Source of the DNA: a virus
Direction: 5' to 3' (one strand)
Length of the DNA stretch: 64,000 nucleotides
IMG/VR virus record: IMGVR_UViG_3300012953_000015
Span: 79,013 to 143,012 of that record
The notes beneath the pieces were generated by a model that saw only the letters and a program-made list of their open reading frames with translations, searched no databases and had not been told where the DNA came from. The translations under genes were made by a program, and so were the position numbers. Below are positions 19,437 through 30,045 of the stretch, in pieces (the stretch's first letter is position 1; each line of letters starts with the position of its first letter).

Positions 19437-20238
19437 ATTTGATTCTCAAGATAAAGAAATAAAAATCAAAAGATTAGAAAACAATATTGATTTAGATGAA
19501 TCTAAAAAGGATATGTCAGTAATCTTTTGTAATTTGATTACAACATCTATATCGCCAGAAGGTGGAGATTTAATTAGGCTTAACTTGAAATTATGTTATG
19601 TCAATGAGAGAGGTAATTTTTCAAAAATTAGAAAGACTATTTCTTTTTTCCAAGATCCAAAAAGAAATTTGACTGAAGAAGAATCTAAATTTGTAGATTT
19701 TGAATTAAGAGAAATAGAAGGAAAAGAAATCGATTGGGGTTTAGTAGAGAATCTTTTCTCTCAAACTGATGTAATTATTTCTCACAATTCTTCTTTCGTC
19801 CGGCCTTGGATTAGAAAGTACATAGAAGACGATGAAAATATATGGGCTTGCACTTTAGAGAACATAGATTGGAATCGATTAAATTTTCCAGGAAGAAGCC
19901 TAGAGGTACTTTCCATTTTTTCTGGTTTCTTTTATGATTTTTCATCCTCGCAAAACTCTTTAGACGCTGCAATTAAATGCATCTACGAAAATGATCAAGT
20001 TTCTAGCATATTAGAAAAATCTCTTAAACCAGATTTACAACTATATGCTGCTAACGCACCAATAGAATACAAAGATAGCCTAAAGCAAAACAACTATCGC
20101 TGGAATCCAGAGTTTAAGTGCTGGTGGAAGCCTGTTGATCCTGAACAATCTGAAGAAGAAAAACTATGGTTGATAAACAATATTCCCTCAGTAGAGCCTC
20201 AAATATTTGAGGTAGATCCTAAATTTAGGTTTATCTAA
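19426..20238 (+). CDS. DnaQ/epsilon-like 3'-5' exonuclease homologue, catalytically degenerate
   Basis: HNSSFVRPW, WACT, FFYD and C-terminal APIEYKDSLKQNNYRWN match the family layout; DEDDh acidic residues are replaced. Confidence 0.6.
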   Translation: MKLKFDSQDKEIKIKRLENNIDLDESKKDMSVIFCNLITTSISPEGGDLIRLNLKLCYVNERGNFSKIRKTISFFQDPKRNLTEEESKFVDFELREIEGKEIDWGLVENLFSQTDVIISHNSSFVRPWIRKYIEDDENIWACTLENIDWNRLNFPGRSLEVLSIFSGFFYDFSSSQNSLDAAIKCIYENDQVSSILEKSLKPDLQLYAANAPIEYKDSLKQNNYRWNPEFKCWWKPVDPEQSEEEKLWLINNIPSVEPQIFEVDPKFRFI

Positions 20239-20263
20239 TAAAATTTACGTAATAATTATTATT

Positions 20264-20512
20264 ATGAAGAATTTTGCAACATTAAGAAAATATATCCGAA
20301 TAATCCTTGAAAATAAAGATGTCATTGGCGAACCAGACTTGACTAACAAGGAAGAGAGAGACAAAGAAATCCAAAACAAGAAGAAAAAACAAAAGCCAGA
20401 CGAAGCTTCTGTCGCCGCTGGCATGCCTGGAGTATCTACCCCTTTGGGCACTGGTTCAACATATCCTTCCAAGATTATTAAGAAAAATAAGAAAAGAAGA
20501 AAAACTAAGTAA
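20264..20512 (+). CDS. Hypothetical basic protein, possible virion protein
   Basis: N-terminal LRKYIRIILE; late-type motif immediately upstream. Confidence 0.65.
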   Translation: MKNFATLRKYIRIILENKDVIGEPDLTNKEERDKEIQNKKKKQKPDEASVAAGMPGVSTPLGTGSTYPSKIIKKNKKRRKTK

Positions 20513-20515
20513 TAC

Positions 20516-20544
20516 CTGAAAATCGCATCATAGATCCATATAAT
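20516..20544 (+). promoter_or_regulatory. Sigma70-like promoter CTGAAA-N17-TATAAT
   Basis: Perfect -10 box, 17-nt spacer, upstream of the SSB-RecA operon. Confidence 0.7.
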
Positions 20545-20591
20545 CATAATACAGTTAGCAAGTTGCCAATTTAAAAAATATGGAGGTAAAT

Positions 20592-21377
20592 ATGGCAGTC
20601 GATTTTGATGCAATCCGACGCAAGCTTAACCAGCTTAGCGGTCAAGGAAATAAGAGAAATGCAATGTGGCGTCCTCAAGAGGGCGAAGAAGTAACCGTAA
20701 GACTTCTATCGTTTAAGAACGAAGATGGTCTTCCTTTTGTTGAGAGGTGGTTCTATTACAATATTGGAAATAATCCAGGTCTATTAGCACCTTACCAGTT
20801 CGGGAAGGAAGATCCAATTCAAGATTTAATTAACAAGCTTAGAGATGAAGCAACTAAAGAATCTTATGAATTGGCGAAGAAGCTTTACCCTAAGCCCCGT
20901 TATTATGCCCCAGTAGTTGTCAGGGGAGAAGAAGATAAAGGTGTTAGGGTCTGGTCCTTTGGGAAGATGGTGTACCAATCTCTATTGAATATTATGCTTG
21001 ATGAAGATTATGGAGATATTACAGACGTTTCAGAGGGTCGAGATGTTAAGGTGATTTGTACAAAAGCCCCGGGCAGAATGTGGGCAACAACTGAGGTCCG
21101 CCCGAGAGGTAAAAACAGTAAACTAACAGAAGACTCTAATCGAGCTAAAGAATGGACATCAAGCATCCCAAGTTTAGATGATATGTACTCTCTAAAGTCT
21201 AGCGAAGAATTAGAGAAGATTGTTAACGACTGGTTGAGCGGAGACCTTGAAGAATCGAACGAAGAATCAGTAACTACTAGTAGAAACTTCGAAAAAGAAA
21301 CGTCAACGCCAAAATCTACAGACAAGAAATTTTCAAGTCTAGATGATGCATTTGCAGATTTAGAAAACGATTTCTAG
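20592..21377 (+). CDS. Single-stranded DNA-binding protein (T4 gp32-like)
   Basis: WRP, VRLL, DPI, RYYAPVVVRGEE, DYGDITD, acidic tail; GGAGGT SD before ATG 20592. Confidence 0.85.
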   Translation: MAVDFDAIRRKLNQLSGQGNKRNAMWRPQEGEEVTVRLLSFKNEDGLPFVERWFYYNIGNNPGLLAPYQFGKEDPIQDLINKLRDEATKESYELAKKLYPKPRYYAPVVVRGEEDKGVRVWSFGKMVYQSLLNIMLDEDYGDITDVSEGRDVKVICTKAPGRMWATTEVRPRGKNSKLTEDSNRAKEWTSSIPSLDDMYSLKSSEELEKIVNDWLSGDLEESNEESVTTSRNFEKETSTPKSTDKKFSSLDDAFADLENDF

Positions 21378-21392
21378 AGGAGTTTAGTATTA

Positions 21393-22586
21393 ATGGCAAA
21401 AAGAAAATCAAAAAATCAGACCGATGATTTTACTAGCGATCTAATATCATCTTTGAATAAAGAGCATGGTTCTAAGGTTGCTTATAATTTGCATACTGAT
21501 TCATCACCAACACATGTAAAGAGGTGGGTCAGTACCGGTTCTAAGCAGCTTGATTATCTTATTTCTAATAAGAGAGATGGCGGTTTGCCAGAGGGGAGGA
21601 TCGTTGAAATATTCGGTCCTCCCTCTATCGGAAAATCTCACATAGCTATTCAAATTGCTAGATCAACCCAGCAACTTGGTGGCATTGTTGTTTACATTGA
21701 TACTGAAAATGCAACTAGTGTTGAGAATTTAGCTTTACTTGGAGTAGACATTACTAAAAGATTTGTCTACGTTGATACGCATTGTACAGAAGAAGTTCTT
21801 TCTATTGCTGAATCTACTATTTTAAAAGCTAAAGCAATGGATAAAGATGTTCCTATCACGATAATCTGGGATTCTGTCGCTGCTTCTTCGCCAAAGGCAG
21901 AGTTGGTAGGCGATTATGATCAGAATTCTATCGGCCTACAGGCTAGGGCAATCTCGAAAGGTATGAGAAAAATCACTGGAGTTATAGGACAGACTAACAC
22001 TCTGTTGATTTGTCTAAACCAGATTAGGACAAATATCGGCGTCATGTATGGAGATCCAACAACGACTCCTGGCGGCAAGGCGATACCTTTTCATTCTTCT
22101 GTAAGAATAAAGCTTGGTGCTGGTCAAAAGATTGAAAATAAAAAGAAAGAAGTCATAGGAATCAATGTTTCTGCGAAAACTATAAAAAACAAAGTAGCTC
22201 CACCTTTCAGGTCGTGTAATTTTGAAATACATTTTGGAAAAGGAATACAAGAGTTTGAGCAAGTTTTTGATGAATTAAGAAAATTTGGTTCTGCTGAAAT
22301 TTCTGGAAATAAAGTTGAGCTAGCTGGAACTGGAGCTTGGAAAACTCTTTTAGTTTCAAGCTTGAAAACAGGCGAAGTAACTATAGAGAAGAAATTCTAT
22401 AAAGCAGATTTCGGTGACGTTTGGTCTAACCCTGAATACAGAACTTATATTGACGATCTTTTAGAAGCTGCTATGGTAAGAAAAATGTCTAATCCTGAAA
22501 ATTTAGATATTGATGCTGAATCTTATGAAGAAGTTAGATCTATTTCTATGGAAATGTCTGACGAGTTTATGGAACTTGATACGTGA
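21393..22586 (+). CDS. recA: RecA/UvsX recombinase
   Basis: GGLPEGRIVEIFGPPSIGKS, YIDTE, WDSVAA, NQIR, TTPGGKA. Confidence 0.95.
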   Translation: MAKRKSKNQTDDFTSDLISSLNKEHGSKVAYNLHTDSSPTHVKRWVSTGSKQLDYLISNKRDGGLPEGRIVEIFGPPSIGKSHIAIQIARSTQQLGGIVVYIDTENATSVENLALLGVDITKRFVYVDTHCTEEVLSIAESTILKAKAMDKDVPITIIWDSVAASSPKAELVGDYDQNSIGLQARAISKGMRKITGVIGQTNTLLICLNQIRTNIGVMYGDPTTTPGGKAIPFHSSVRIKLGAGQKIENKKKEVIGINVSAKTIKNKVAPPFRSCNFEIHFGKGIQEFEQVFDELRKFGSAEISGNKVELAGTGAWKTLLVSSLKTGEVTIEKKFYKADFGDVWSNPEYRTYIDDLLEAAMVRKMSNPENLDIDAESYEEVRSISMEMSDEFMELDT

Positions 22587-23536
22587 AACAAGAAGAGAAG
22601 CCTTTCCTTTTAATTGACTCTCTAAATCTTTTTACAAGACATTTTATTGCAAACCCGACGATGTCAATCAATGGAGACCATATTGGTGGTATCGTCGGGT
22701 TTTTAAAAGCTATACAGCTTCTTTGCGAACGTTTTTACCCAGAAGATGTTTTTGTTGTTTGGGAAGGAGGAGGTTCCCCTAGAAGAAGAAATATAGAATC
22801 TTCTTACAAAGATTCTCGTCGTCCTAAAAAACTTAATCGTTACTACGAAGATGATATACCCGACACTAAAGAAAATAGAAATTGGCAAATATCAAAACTT
22901 ATAAAACTTTTAAACTATGCAGGAATTAAGCAATTATATGTAGCTGATTGCGAAGCCGATGACGTGATAGGATACTTATGTAATGATGTCTTTAAAGAAA
23001 AGAAAAAGATCATAATATCATCTGATAAAGATCTATATCAACTGATAAATAAAAAAACGTTGCAGTGGTCTCCCGGGCAAAAGAAGATAATATCAAGAGA
23101 GAAAGTTAAAGAAAAATTTGGAGTGTATCCAGAAAATTTTTGTTTAGTTAGAAGTTTTGTTGGAGATCCTTCTGATAACATCCGAGGAATAAAAGGAGCT
23201 GGTTTCAAAAGCATCGTTAAAAGATTTCCGGAAATTAATGATAACAATTTAGTTATCGATGAATTAATTAAACTAGCAGAAGAAAAAAATAAGTCAAGCA
23301 AACTTAAAATTTACGAGGAAATCAGCAAAAATCCTGATGTTCCTAAAAAGAATTGGAAACTTATGTACCTAGGCTTGAGGAATATTTCTGCTTTCCAAAT
23401 TAGTAAAATAGACTCTTTTTTAGAGTCGAAAAAAAATAAAAAAAATAAATTATCATTTATGAGAGAACAATTACACATCGGCGTAAATAATTTTGATATT
23501 GAGAGATTCTTTTTATCAATTAGGAATTTGAAATAA
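22583..23536 (+). CDS. 5'-3' exonuclease / flap endonuclease (PolI N-terminal, T4 RNase H-like)
   Basis: LIDSLN, YKDSR, EADDVIG, SSDKDL, GDPSDNIRGIKG. Confidence 0.92.
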   Translation: MKQEEKPFLLIDSLNLFTRHFIANPTMSINGDHIGGIVGFLKAIQLLCERFYPEDVFVVWEGGGSPRRRNIESSYKDSRRPKKLNRYYEDDIPDTKENRNWQISKLIKLLNYAGIKQLYVADCEADDVIGYLCNDVFKEKKKIIISSDKDLYQLINKKTLQWSPGQKKIISREKVKEKFGVYPENFCLVRSFVGDPSDNIRGIKGAGFKSIVKRFPEINDNNLVIDELIKLAEEKNKSSKLKIYEEISKNPDVPKKNWKLMYLGLRNISAFQISKIDSFLESKKNKKNKLSFMREQLHIGVNNFDIERFFLSIRNLK

Positions 23537-24942
23537 TGGAAGAAACAAAATACGAAGGCAATGTTCTAGGTAACATTCCATCTGGTCAGTTTTCAAAGTA
23601 CAACAAACAATTTCAAGAAAAAATATTTCAATCTTTAATGTCTGACAATGCATGGGCATGTCAGATGATCGAAGTGATGAGGGCTGATTTTTTTGAAATT
23701 GTTTATTTAAAATTTCTGTGTGAAAAGTATTTCAACTACTACTTTAAATACAAATGTTTTCCAACCTCTCAACTTTTAGTTTCGATCATTAAAGAATCAT
23801 TCGAGGAAGAAAGTGATGATTTATTAAAGAATCAAGTAATAGAGTTTTTACATAGGGTGAAGAAAAATCCCCACCCTGGAGATTTAGCTTATGTTAAAGA
23901 AAAAATTTTAGATTTTTGTAAGAGGCAAGCATTTAAAGAAGCTTTAGAAAAATCCGTTGAGCTTATTTCAGAGGATAAATTTGATCATGTTTTAACCCTT
24001 ATGAAGAATGCAGTATCTATAGGATTACCAAACACTGCAGGCCATGATTTTTTTGAAGATATTGAAGCTAGATTTATTAAAATAAACAGAGCAGTATGCC
24101 CTTCGGGTATACCTCAGCTAGATGCACCGGATATTTTAAATGGTGGACTTGGTCGAGGAGAAATCGGAATTGTTACAGCGAATACCGGCGTTGGTAAGTC
24201 TCATTGGCTAGTTGCCATGGGCGCAAACGCAATGAGGGTTGGTAAGAATGTTCTTCATTATACTTTTGAATTAACTGAACAAGCTGTTGGTTTAAGGTAC
24301 GATTCAAATCTTTGCAACATTAATTCTTCCGAAGTGATTAACCAAAAAGATAGAGTTATTGATTTTTATGAAAAAAATTCTGATTTAGGAAGATTGATTA
24401 TAAAAGAATATCCTACCAATTCTGCTTCTGTAGTGACAATTCGGAATCATATTGACAAATTGCTGTTACGAGGATTCAAACCAAATGTTTTAATAATTGA
24501 TTATGCTGATATAATGAGATCTACAAGAGCTTATGATTCGCTGAGGCATGAACTTAAATTGATATATGAAGAATTAAGAAATTTAGCGATGGAAATGAAT
24601 ATTCCTATTTGGACTGCTTCCCAAGCAAATCGCGATTCTTCAAATTCAGAAATTGTTGGATTAGAAAACATGTCTGAAGCTTATGGCAAAGCTATGGTAG
24701 CCGATTTCGTTGTAACTTTATCAAGAAAGCCGATGGAAAAAGCTACAGGTTCTGGCAGACTATTTGTCGCTAAAAATCGTGCTGGAAAAGACGGAATTGT
24801 TTTTCCAATTCAAATTGATACTAGCATGTCTAAGATAGAAGTTTTAAACGAAGAAGTACAAACGCTAGCTGAAGCTAATCAGAGCGATCAAAAAGAGCTG
24901 AAAGAGACTCTTAAGAAAAAGTGGGATGAACTGAAAAGGTAA
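23536..24942 (+). CDS. DnaB-like replicative helicase (gp41-like)
   Basis: Walker A ANTGVGKS, IIDYAD, WTASQANR, KNRAG. Confidence 0.93.
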   Translation: MEETKYEGNVLGNIPSGQFSKYNKQFQEKIFQSLMSDNAWACQMIEVMRADFFEIVYLKFLCEKYFNYYFKYKCFPTSQLLVSIIKESFEEESDDLLKNQVIEFLHRVKKNPHPGDLAYVKEKILDFCKRQAFKEALEKSVELISEDKFDHVLTLMKNAVSIGLPNTAGHDFFEDIEARFIKINRAVCPSGIPQLDAPDILNGGLGRGEIGIVTANTGVGKSHWLVAMGANAMRVGKNVLHYTFELTEQAVGLRYDSNLCNINSSEVINQKDRVIDFYEKNSDLGRLIIKEYPTNSASVVTIRNHIDKLLLRGFKPNVLIIDYADIMRSTRAYDSLRHELKLIYEELRNLAMEMNIPIWTASQANRDSSNSEIVGLENMSEAYGKAMVADFVVTLSRKPMEKATGSGRLFVAKNRAGKDGIVFPIQIDTSMSKIEVLNEEVQTLAEANQSDQKELKETLKKKWDELKR

Positions 24943-24947
24943 TTAAA

Positions 24948-27413
24948 ATGTATACGTTTGATCAAGTAATGAAAGCAAGCACCAAGTATTTTGGTGGAGA
25001 TGAATTAGCAGCCAGCGTATTTGCGACTAAATATGCTTTAGTTTCTAAGAACGGAAGTTATCTAGAGCAAACTCCAGATGATATGCACAAGAGAATTGCA
25101 TCAGAATTTGCTAGAATTGAATCAAAGTATGACAATCCAATGAGTGAAGAAGAGATTTATTCTCTGCTTAAGGACTTTAAATTTGTAGTCCCTCAAGGTT
25201 CTCCTATGTCGGGAATCGGAAACAATGGCCAAATTCAATCTTTGTCCAACTGTTTTGTTGTAGAATCTCCCCACGATTCTTACGGTGGTATTTTAAAGAC
25301 CGATCAAGAGCAAGTACAGATTATGAAGAGAAGAGGGGGCGTAGGTTTTGATATTTCTTCTATTCGCCCGAAAGGTTTAAACACATCAAATGCAGCTAAA
25401 ACCACCGACGGCATCGGTGTTTTTATGGAGAGGTTTTCGAACAGTTGCAGAGAGGTAGCTCAAGGTGGCAGAAGAGGGGCTTTGATGTTAACGATCAGTG
25501 TTCATCATCCAGACATCGAAACGTTTGTTAACATCAAAAGAGACCTCTCAAAAGTAACCGGAGCTAACATATCAATAAGGCTGTCAGATGAATTTATGAC
25601 GGCAGTGGAAAAGAGCGAAGATTTTGAATTAAGGTTTCCCGTAGAGGGAAATGGAGAGAAGATAGTTTCTAAATTAGTTGATGCTTCTGAACTTTGGGAC
25701 CAGATTATAGAATCTGCTCACAGTTCTGCTGAGCCTGGATTACTTTTTTGGGATAATGTTTTAAATTTCACTCCAGCTCAAGCTTATGAAGATGATGGCT
25801 TTAATACAGTCAGTACAAACCCTTGCAGCGAAATTACTCTGTCAGCATACGACAGTTGTCGACTTTTACTTTTGAATTTAACTTCTTTTGTTAAAAATCC
25901 ATTTTCCGAAAAGCCATCTTTTGATTACGAACTTTTTAATATTTACACTCAAAAAGCTCAGCGTTTGATGGATGATTTGATTGATTTAGAAATGGAGTGT
26001 GTCGACAAAATTATTTCTAAAGTAGAGTCTGATCCAGAGCCAGAACCCGTTAAAAGAAGCGAGCTCGAACTCTGGAAAAAGATTAAAAAAGCTGCTCAGA
26101 ATGGCAGAAGGACTGGTTTAGGAGTAACTGGTTTAGGAGATACTTTAGCTATGATGAACTTGATTTACGGTAGTCAAGAAAGCGTTTCTGAAACCGAAAA
26201 GATTTACCAAACTCTTTGTTTGTCTTCTTACGAATCTTCCTGCAAGCTAGCGAAAGAGAGAGGTTCTTTTCCAGTTTATGATTTCGATAAAGAAAAAAAT
26301 CACCCATTTATTCAAAGAATATTTGAAGCCAGTCCAGAAATTAGAGAAATGCATTCTAAATTTGGTCGAAGAAATATAGCTATAACAACTACTGCACCAT
26401 GCGGAAGTGTTTCTATGCTGACCCAGACAACTTCTGGAATCGAGCCGGCTTTCATGTTGAAATACACTAGAAGAAAGAAAGTTAATCCTAACGACCCTAC
26501 AGCTACGATAGACTTTATTGATGATCTCGGAGATAAGTGGCAAGAATTTATAGTTTATCATCACGGTTTTGAAAGTTGGATGAATAAAACTGGGTTGAAT
26601 GAAGCAGAAGATAGTCCATATCATTTAGCAACTGCTAATGAGATCAACTGGGAATCAGCTGTAGACGTTCAAGCGGCTGCTCAACGATGGGTTTGCCATG
26701 CGATAAGTAAAACAATCAACCTGCCTAACGATGTCTCAATAGAAGATGTTAAAAAAGTATATTGGAGAGGGTGGAAGCAAGGATTAAAAGGAGTAACTGT
26801 ATATCGCGATGGATGCAGGTCTGGAGTTTTAGTAAGCACTGAACAAAAACAGAACGATTCTTTTGATACAGTCAATGCTCCAAAGCGTCCAGAAACTCTT
26901 GTTTGCGAAATTCACAGGGCTCAAATCAAAGGAGAAGCTTGGACAATTCTCGTTGGCATGATGGATGGTCGTCCTTATGAAGTTCTAGGCGGAAAGTCGG
27001 AATTCATTGAGATACCTTCAACTTACAATGAAGGAAAAATATCTAAAAGAAAAAGAAAAACTATGCCTTCTAAATATGACTTGCATTTTGGAGAAAATGG
27101 AAGTGAAGTGGTCGTGAAAGACATAGTGAAAGTTTTTGACAATCCAGATTATGCCGGTTTTACTAGGGTGATATCTCTGGCTCTGAGGCACGGAGCCCCA
27201 ATACAATATATCGTAGAACAATTGCAAAAAGATAGAGATGCTCATTTGTTTTCTTTTGCAAGAGTTGTATCTAGGGTGTTAAAAAAATATATAAATGATG
27301 GAACAATTCCAGGTGGTAGTAAAGTTTGCCCCGAATGTGGAGCTGAAGATTCTCTAAAATATCAAGAGGGTTGTGTAGCGTGTACGGCTTGCGGATATTC
27401 CAAATGTTCTTAA
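24948..27413 (+). CDS. nrdJ: Class II (adenosylcobalamin-dependent) ribonucleotide reductase
   Basis: SNCFV, QGGRRGA, TNPCSEI, TSGIEP, ISKTIN, GVTVYRDG; C-terminal TSCPD-like domain and Zn ribbon; no beta-subunit gene adjacent. Confidence 0.9.
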   Translation: MYTFDQVMKASTKYFGGDELAASVFATKYALVSKNGSYLEQTPDDMHKRIASEFARIESKYDNPMSEEEIYSLLKDFKFVVPQGSPMSGIGNNGQIQSLSNCFVVESPHDSYGGILKTDQEQVQIMKRRGGVGFDISSIRPKGLNTSNAAKTTDGIGVFMERFSNSCREVAQGGRRGALMLTISVHHPDIETFVNIKRDLSKVTGANISIRLSDEFMTAVEKSEDFELRFPVEGNGEKIVSKLVDASELWDQIIESAHSSAEPGLLFWDNVLNFTPAQAYEDDGFNTVSTNPCSEITLSAYDSCRLLLLNLTSFVKNPFSEKPSFDYELFNIYTQKAQRLMDDLIDLEMECVDKIISKVESDPEPEPVKRSELELWKKIKKAAQNGRRTGLGVTGLGDTLAMMNLIYGSQESVSETEKIYQTLCLSSYESSCKLAKERGSFPVYDFDKEKNHPFIQRIFEASPEIREMHSKFGRRNIAITTTAPCGSVSMLTQTTSGIEPAFMLKYTRRKKVNPNDPTATIDFIDDLGDKWQEFIVYHHGFESWMNKTGLNEAEDSPYHLATANEINWESAVDVQAAAQRWVCHAISKTINLPNDVSIEDVKKVYWRGWKQGLKGVTVYRDGCRSGVLVSTEQKQNDSFDTVNAPKRPETLVCEIHRAQIKGEAWTILVGMMDGRPYEVLGGKSEFIEIPSTYNEGKISKRKRKTMPSKYDLHFGENGSEVVVKDIVKVFDNPDYAGFTRVISLALRHGAPIQYIVEQLQKDRDAHLFSFARVVSRVLKKYINDGTIPGGSKVCPECGAEDSLKYQEGCVACTACGYSKCS

Positions 27414-27426
27414 GGAGAAAACAAAA

Positions 27427-28029
27427 TTGAAATGGACAACAAAAGTATCGCCTTTGATCAAAGAAGTAGAAATGAGAAACAACCCAGTTATTGTGAGGGT
27501 TAATAAATTTGATGAAGAATCGGCCAAAAAGTTTGATCAAGACATTGCTCGTGCTCATAATTCTGGCCAAAAAGTAATCCCTGTTGTGATCGATTCCTAT
27601 GGGGGTCAAGTTTATAGTTTAATGTCAATGATTTCAGCTATCAAACATTCAGAGATTCCTATCGCAACTATCGTAGAAGGAAAAGCTATGAGTTGCGGCG
27701 CGATTTTATTCTCTTTTGGAGAAGAAGGTCTTAGATTTATGGACCCATATGCAACTGTTATGATACATGATGTTAGCTCTATGGATTTTGGTAAAGTAGA
27801 AGAGTTGAAAGCTGGAGCAGCAGAAGCGGATAGATTAAACAAAAAGATCTATACAATGATGGCTAGAAACTGTGGAAAAAAAGATGATTATTTTATGAAG
27901 ATTGTCGATAAGAAAAAGCACGCAGACTGGTTTTTAGAAGCAGATGAAGCAAAAAAGCATGGTCTAGCTAATCAATTAAGAGTTCCTAAGATCACTATAG
28001 AAGTAAAGGTTGACATAGAGCTAGAATAA
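27427..28029 (+). CDS. clpP: ClpP-family protease
   Basis: IDSYGG, AMSCG (Ser nucleophile), MIHD, DWFL. Confidence 0.85.
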   Translation: MKWTTKVSPLIKEVEMRNNPVIVRVNKFDEESAKKFDQDIARAHNSGQKVIPVVIDSYGGQVYSLMSMISAIKHSEIPIATIVEGKAMSCGAILFSFGEEGLRFMDPYATVMIHDVSSMDFGKVEELKAGAAEADRLNKKIYTMMARNCGKKDDYFMKIVDKKKHADWFLEADEAKKHGLANQLRVPKITIEVKVDIELE

Positions 28030-28745
28030 TGTGGGTTTGCTATTTCAAAAACGCAGGTGACAGTAGCAGTATTTATCGCTACAGAACAGAGTATATTTCT
28101 CCCTCTTATATTAAAGAAAAAAAGAGTTACAATATAGAATCGATTGATTTTGAAGGAGAGAAATTTAACCCTTTGAAAATATATCAACAAAGCGATAAAG
28201 AAATAATTTGTATAGTTGGAGAAAATTTTAAAGATAACTTTTTAGTAGATAATTTTTTATTTCCAACAATTGAGATTACTTTAAGACTCTGCTTAGATTC
28301 TGAAGAAGAAATTGATAGTAAATATTCAGAAGAAGGATACCCTCTTTGCGATTCAACGCATTATCAAATCTCAAGGGATCTAGCTAATTCTTTGAGGCAA
28401 GTGGGAATAAAAGTAGTCGGATATAAACAAATGCAAGAAAAATATCTTCAAATTAAAATATCGGCAGATACTATGCAAGAGTGCATCATCGATGCTGAGT
28501 TTTGTAGATTTTTTTCAACAGCTATTTTTAGAAATGTTCTTGGAAAATTTGTTACGCCAAGAAAGAAATTGAATGGTTCAATAAAAGTTACTTTTGGAAA
28601 GAAAGATAAATTAGAAAAAATTAAAAATGAAAATTTAGTAGAAAAAATAAGCTACAGCGAAGATAGTATTGAGTTATCTTTTGACAAGCCAGACTTGAAT
28701 ATTTTAAGGAAAATACCCGAAGTTTTATCTCTTGAAAATGCATAG
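28029..28745 (+). CDS. Hypothetical protein
   Basis: 238-aa ORF translationally coupled to clpP. Confidence 0.6.
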   Translation: MWVCYFKNAGDSSSIYRYRTEYISPSYIKEKKSYNIESIDFEGEKFNPLKIYQQSDKEIICIVGENFKDNFLVDNFLFPTIEITLRLCLDSEEEIDSKYSEEGYPLCDSTHYQISRDLANSLRQVGIKVVGYKQMQEKYLQIKISADTMQECIIDAEFCRFFSTAIFRNVLGKFVTPRKKLNGSIKVTFGKKDKLEKIKNENLVEKISYSEDSIELSFDKPDLNILRKIPEVLSLENA

Positions 28746-28750
28746 TTATT
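28741..28750 (+). promoter_or_regulatory. Putative late promoter (CATAGTTATT)
   Basis: Identical 10-mer at 59018-59027, also upstream of a gene start. Confidence 0.5.
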
Positions 28751-28753
28751 ATC

Positions 28754-28969
28754 ATGGGAAAATACGATCATTTAGAAGCTATGAGAACTAAACTTGCAGC
28801 TAGGATGCGTAGCAAGAAAATAGGATCAGCTTTAGCTAATCTTTGGGTTGAATTTGACCAATGCTTAAAAGATTTTAAGCCTGACTGTAAAGAGAATGAA
28901 GAAGTAATTGCCAAGTTAAAAAGCATTCAGGCTAAAATCAGAGAAACTATGGGGGTTGAAGGAAATTAG
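28754..28969 (+). CDS. Hypothetical protein
   Basis: 71-aa ORF after late-type motif. Confidence 0.55.
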   Translation: MGKYDHLEAMRTKLAARMRSKKIGSALANLWVEFDQCLKDFKPDCKENEEVIAKLKSIQAKIRETMGVEGN

Positions 28970-28970
28970 T

Positions 28971-29291
28971 ATGTCTGAGAATGGTTGGGCAGAATACTCA
29001 AAACTAGTCCTAAAAGAGCTAGAAACTCTTTCAACAGGGATTGAGTCTCTTAAGGATGAGATGCATGATATCAAGCAGGATATCGCTCTTCTCCGAGATA
29101 GAGAGGATAGAGTGACAGAGCTAAGGCAATGGAAAGAAAAAATAGATGAAATTGCTTCCCCAACTCAGCTTCAAACTCTTACAAACGAAGTTAAAGAATT
29201 AAAGATCTTTAAGACAAAAGCAATCACAATATTCGCAGTAGTTCAATTTTTCATGGTTTTCATTTCATGGGCAATGAAATTTGTAAGATAA
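28971..29291 (+). CDS. Coiled-coil protein with C-terminal transmembrane helix
   Basis: Heptad pattern then AITIFAVVQFFMVFISWAM. Confidence 0.65.
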   Translation: MSENGWAEYSKLVLKELETLSTGIESLKDEMHDIKQDIALLRDREDRVTELRQWKEKIDEIASPTQLQTLTNEVKELKIFKTKAITIFAVVQFFMVFISWAMKFVR

Positions 29292-29292
29292 A

Positions 29293-30045
29293 ATGAAAAA
29301 ATTTACAACTAGGTACATTAGTTACGCCGATGGAAATTATTCTGATTGGCAAAAACAAATGGTAATTCATATCAAAAAAAATAAGATATTTGACTCAACT
29401 GTTACTTATAATAGGGAATGGTTGACAAGCACAGATTTCTATAAAAATAATCAAAAAATACTTGATATGAAAAGAGGCGCTGGTTACTGGCTTTGGAAAC
29501 CTTACATCATTTTAGAGAACTTAAAACTTCTCGGAGATAATGAAATATTAGTTTATATGGACGTTGGCGATCGTCCAGAAAAAGGTTTTTATAACTTTCT
29601 AGAAAATTGGTTTAGTGAAAAAGATATTCTTTTAACTACGGGCGGAAATAACAGTCGTAGAATGTGTAAAAGAGACGCTTTAGTTTTAATGAATTGTGAT
29701 GAAGAAAAATATTGGGATGCTCCGCAAGTTGAAGCCGGCTTTGTAGCTTTAAGAAAAACAGACTTTAACCTGAAGTTTGTTGAACTTTGGTTAGAATTAT
29801 GTAAAGATGAAAGGATTCTAACCGATATACCTAACGTTTGTGGAAAAGATAATTTTCCAGATTTTATAGAGCATCGTCACGATCAAAGTGTTCTCTCTTT
29901 ACTGAAAACACGATTTGATATTTCTACAACTAATGATTTTGCTAGAAGCGATAAACCTAGGTTTGTTTTTTGGAATGTTAACGAACCAACCAAAAATATT
30001 AAAGTTGGTGTCTCTATGTTAGGTGCAGCTAGAAAATTAAGTTAA
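29293..30045 (+). CDS. Putative glycosyltransferase (GT-A-like)
   Basis: GAGYWLWKPYII, YMDVG, EHRHDQSVLS. Confidence 0.7.
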   Translation: MKKFTTRYISYADGNYSDWQKQMVIHIKKNKIFDSTVTYNREWLTSTDFYKNNQKILDMKRGAGYWLWKPYIILENLKLLGDNEILVYMDVGDRPEKGFYNFLENWFSEKDILLTTGGNNSRRMCKRDALVLMNCDEEKYWDAPQVEAGFVALRKTDFNLKFVELWLELCKDERILTDIPNVCGKDNFPDFIEHRHDQSVLSLLKTRFDISTTNDFARSDKPRFVFWNVNEPTKNIKVGVSMLGAARKLS

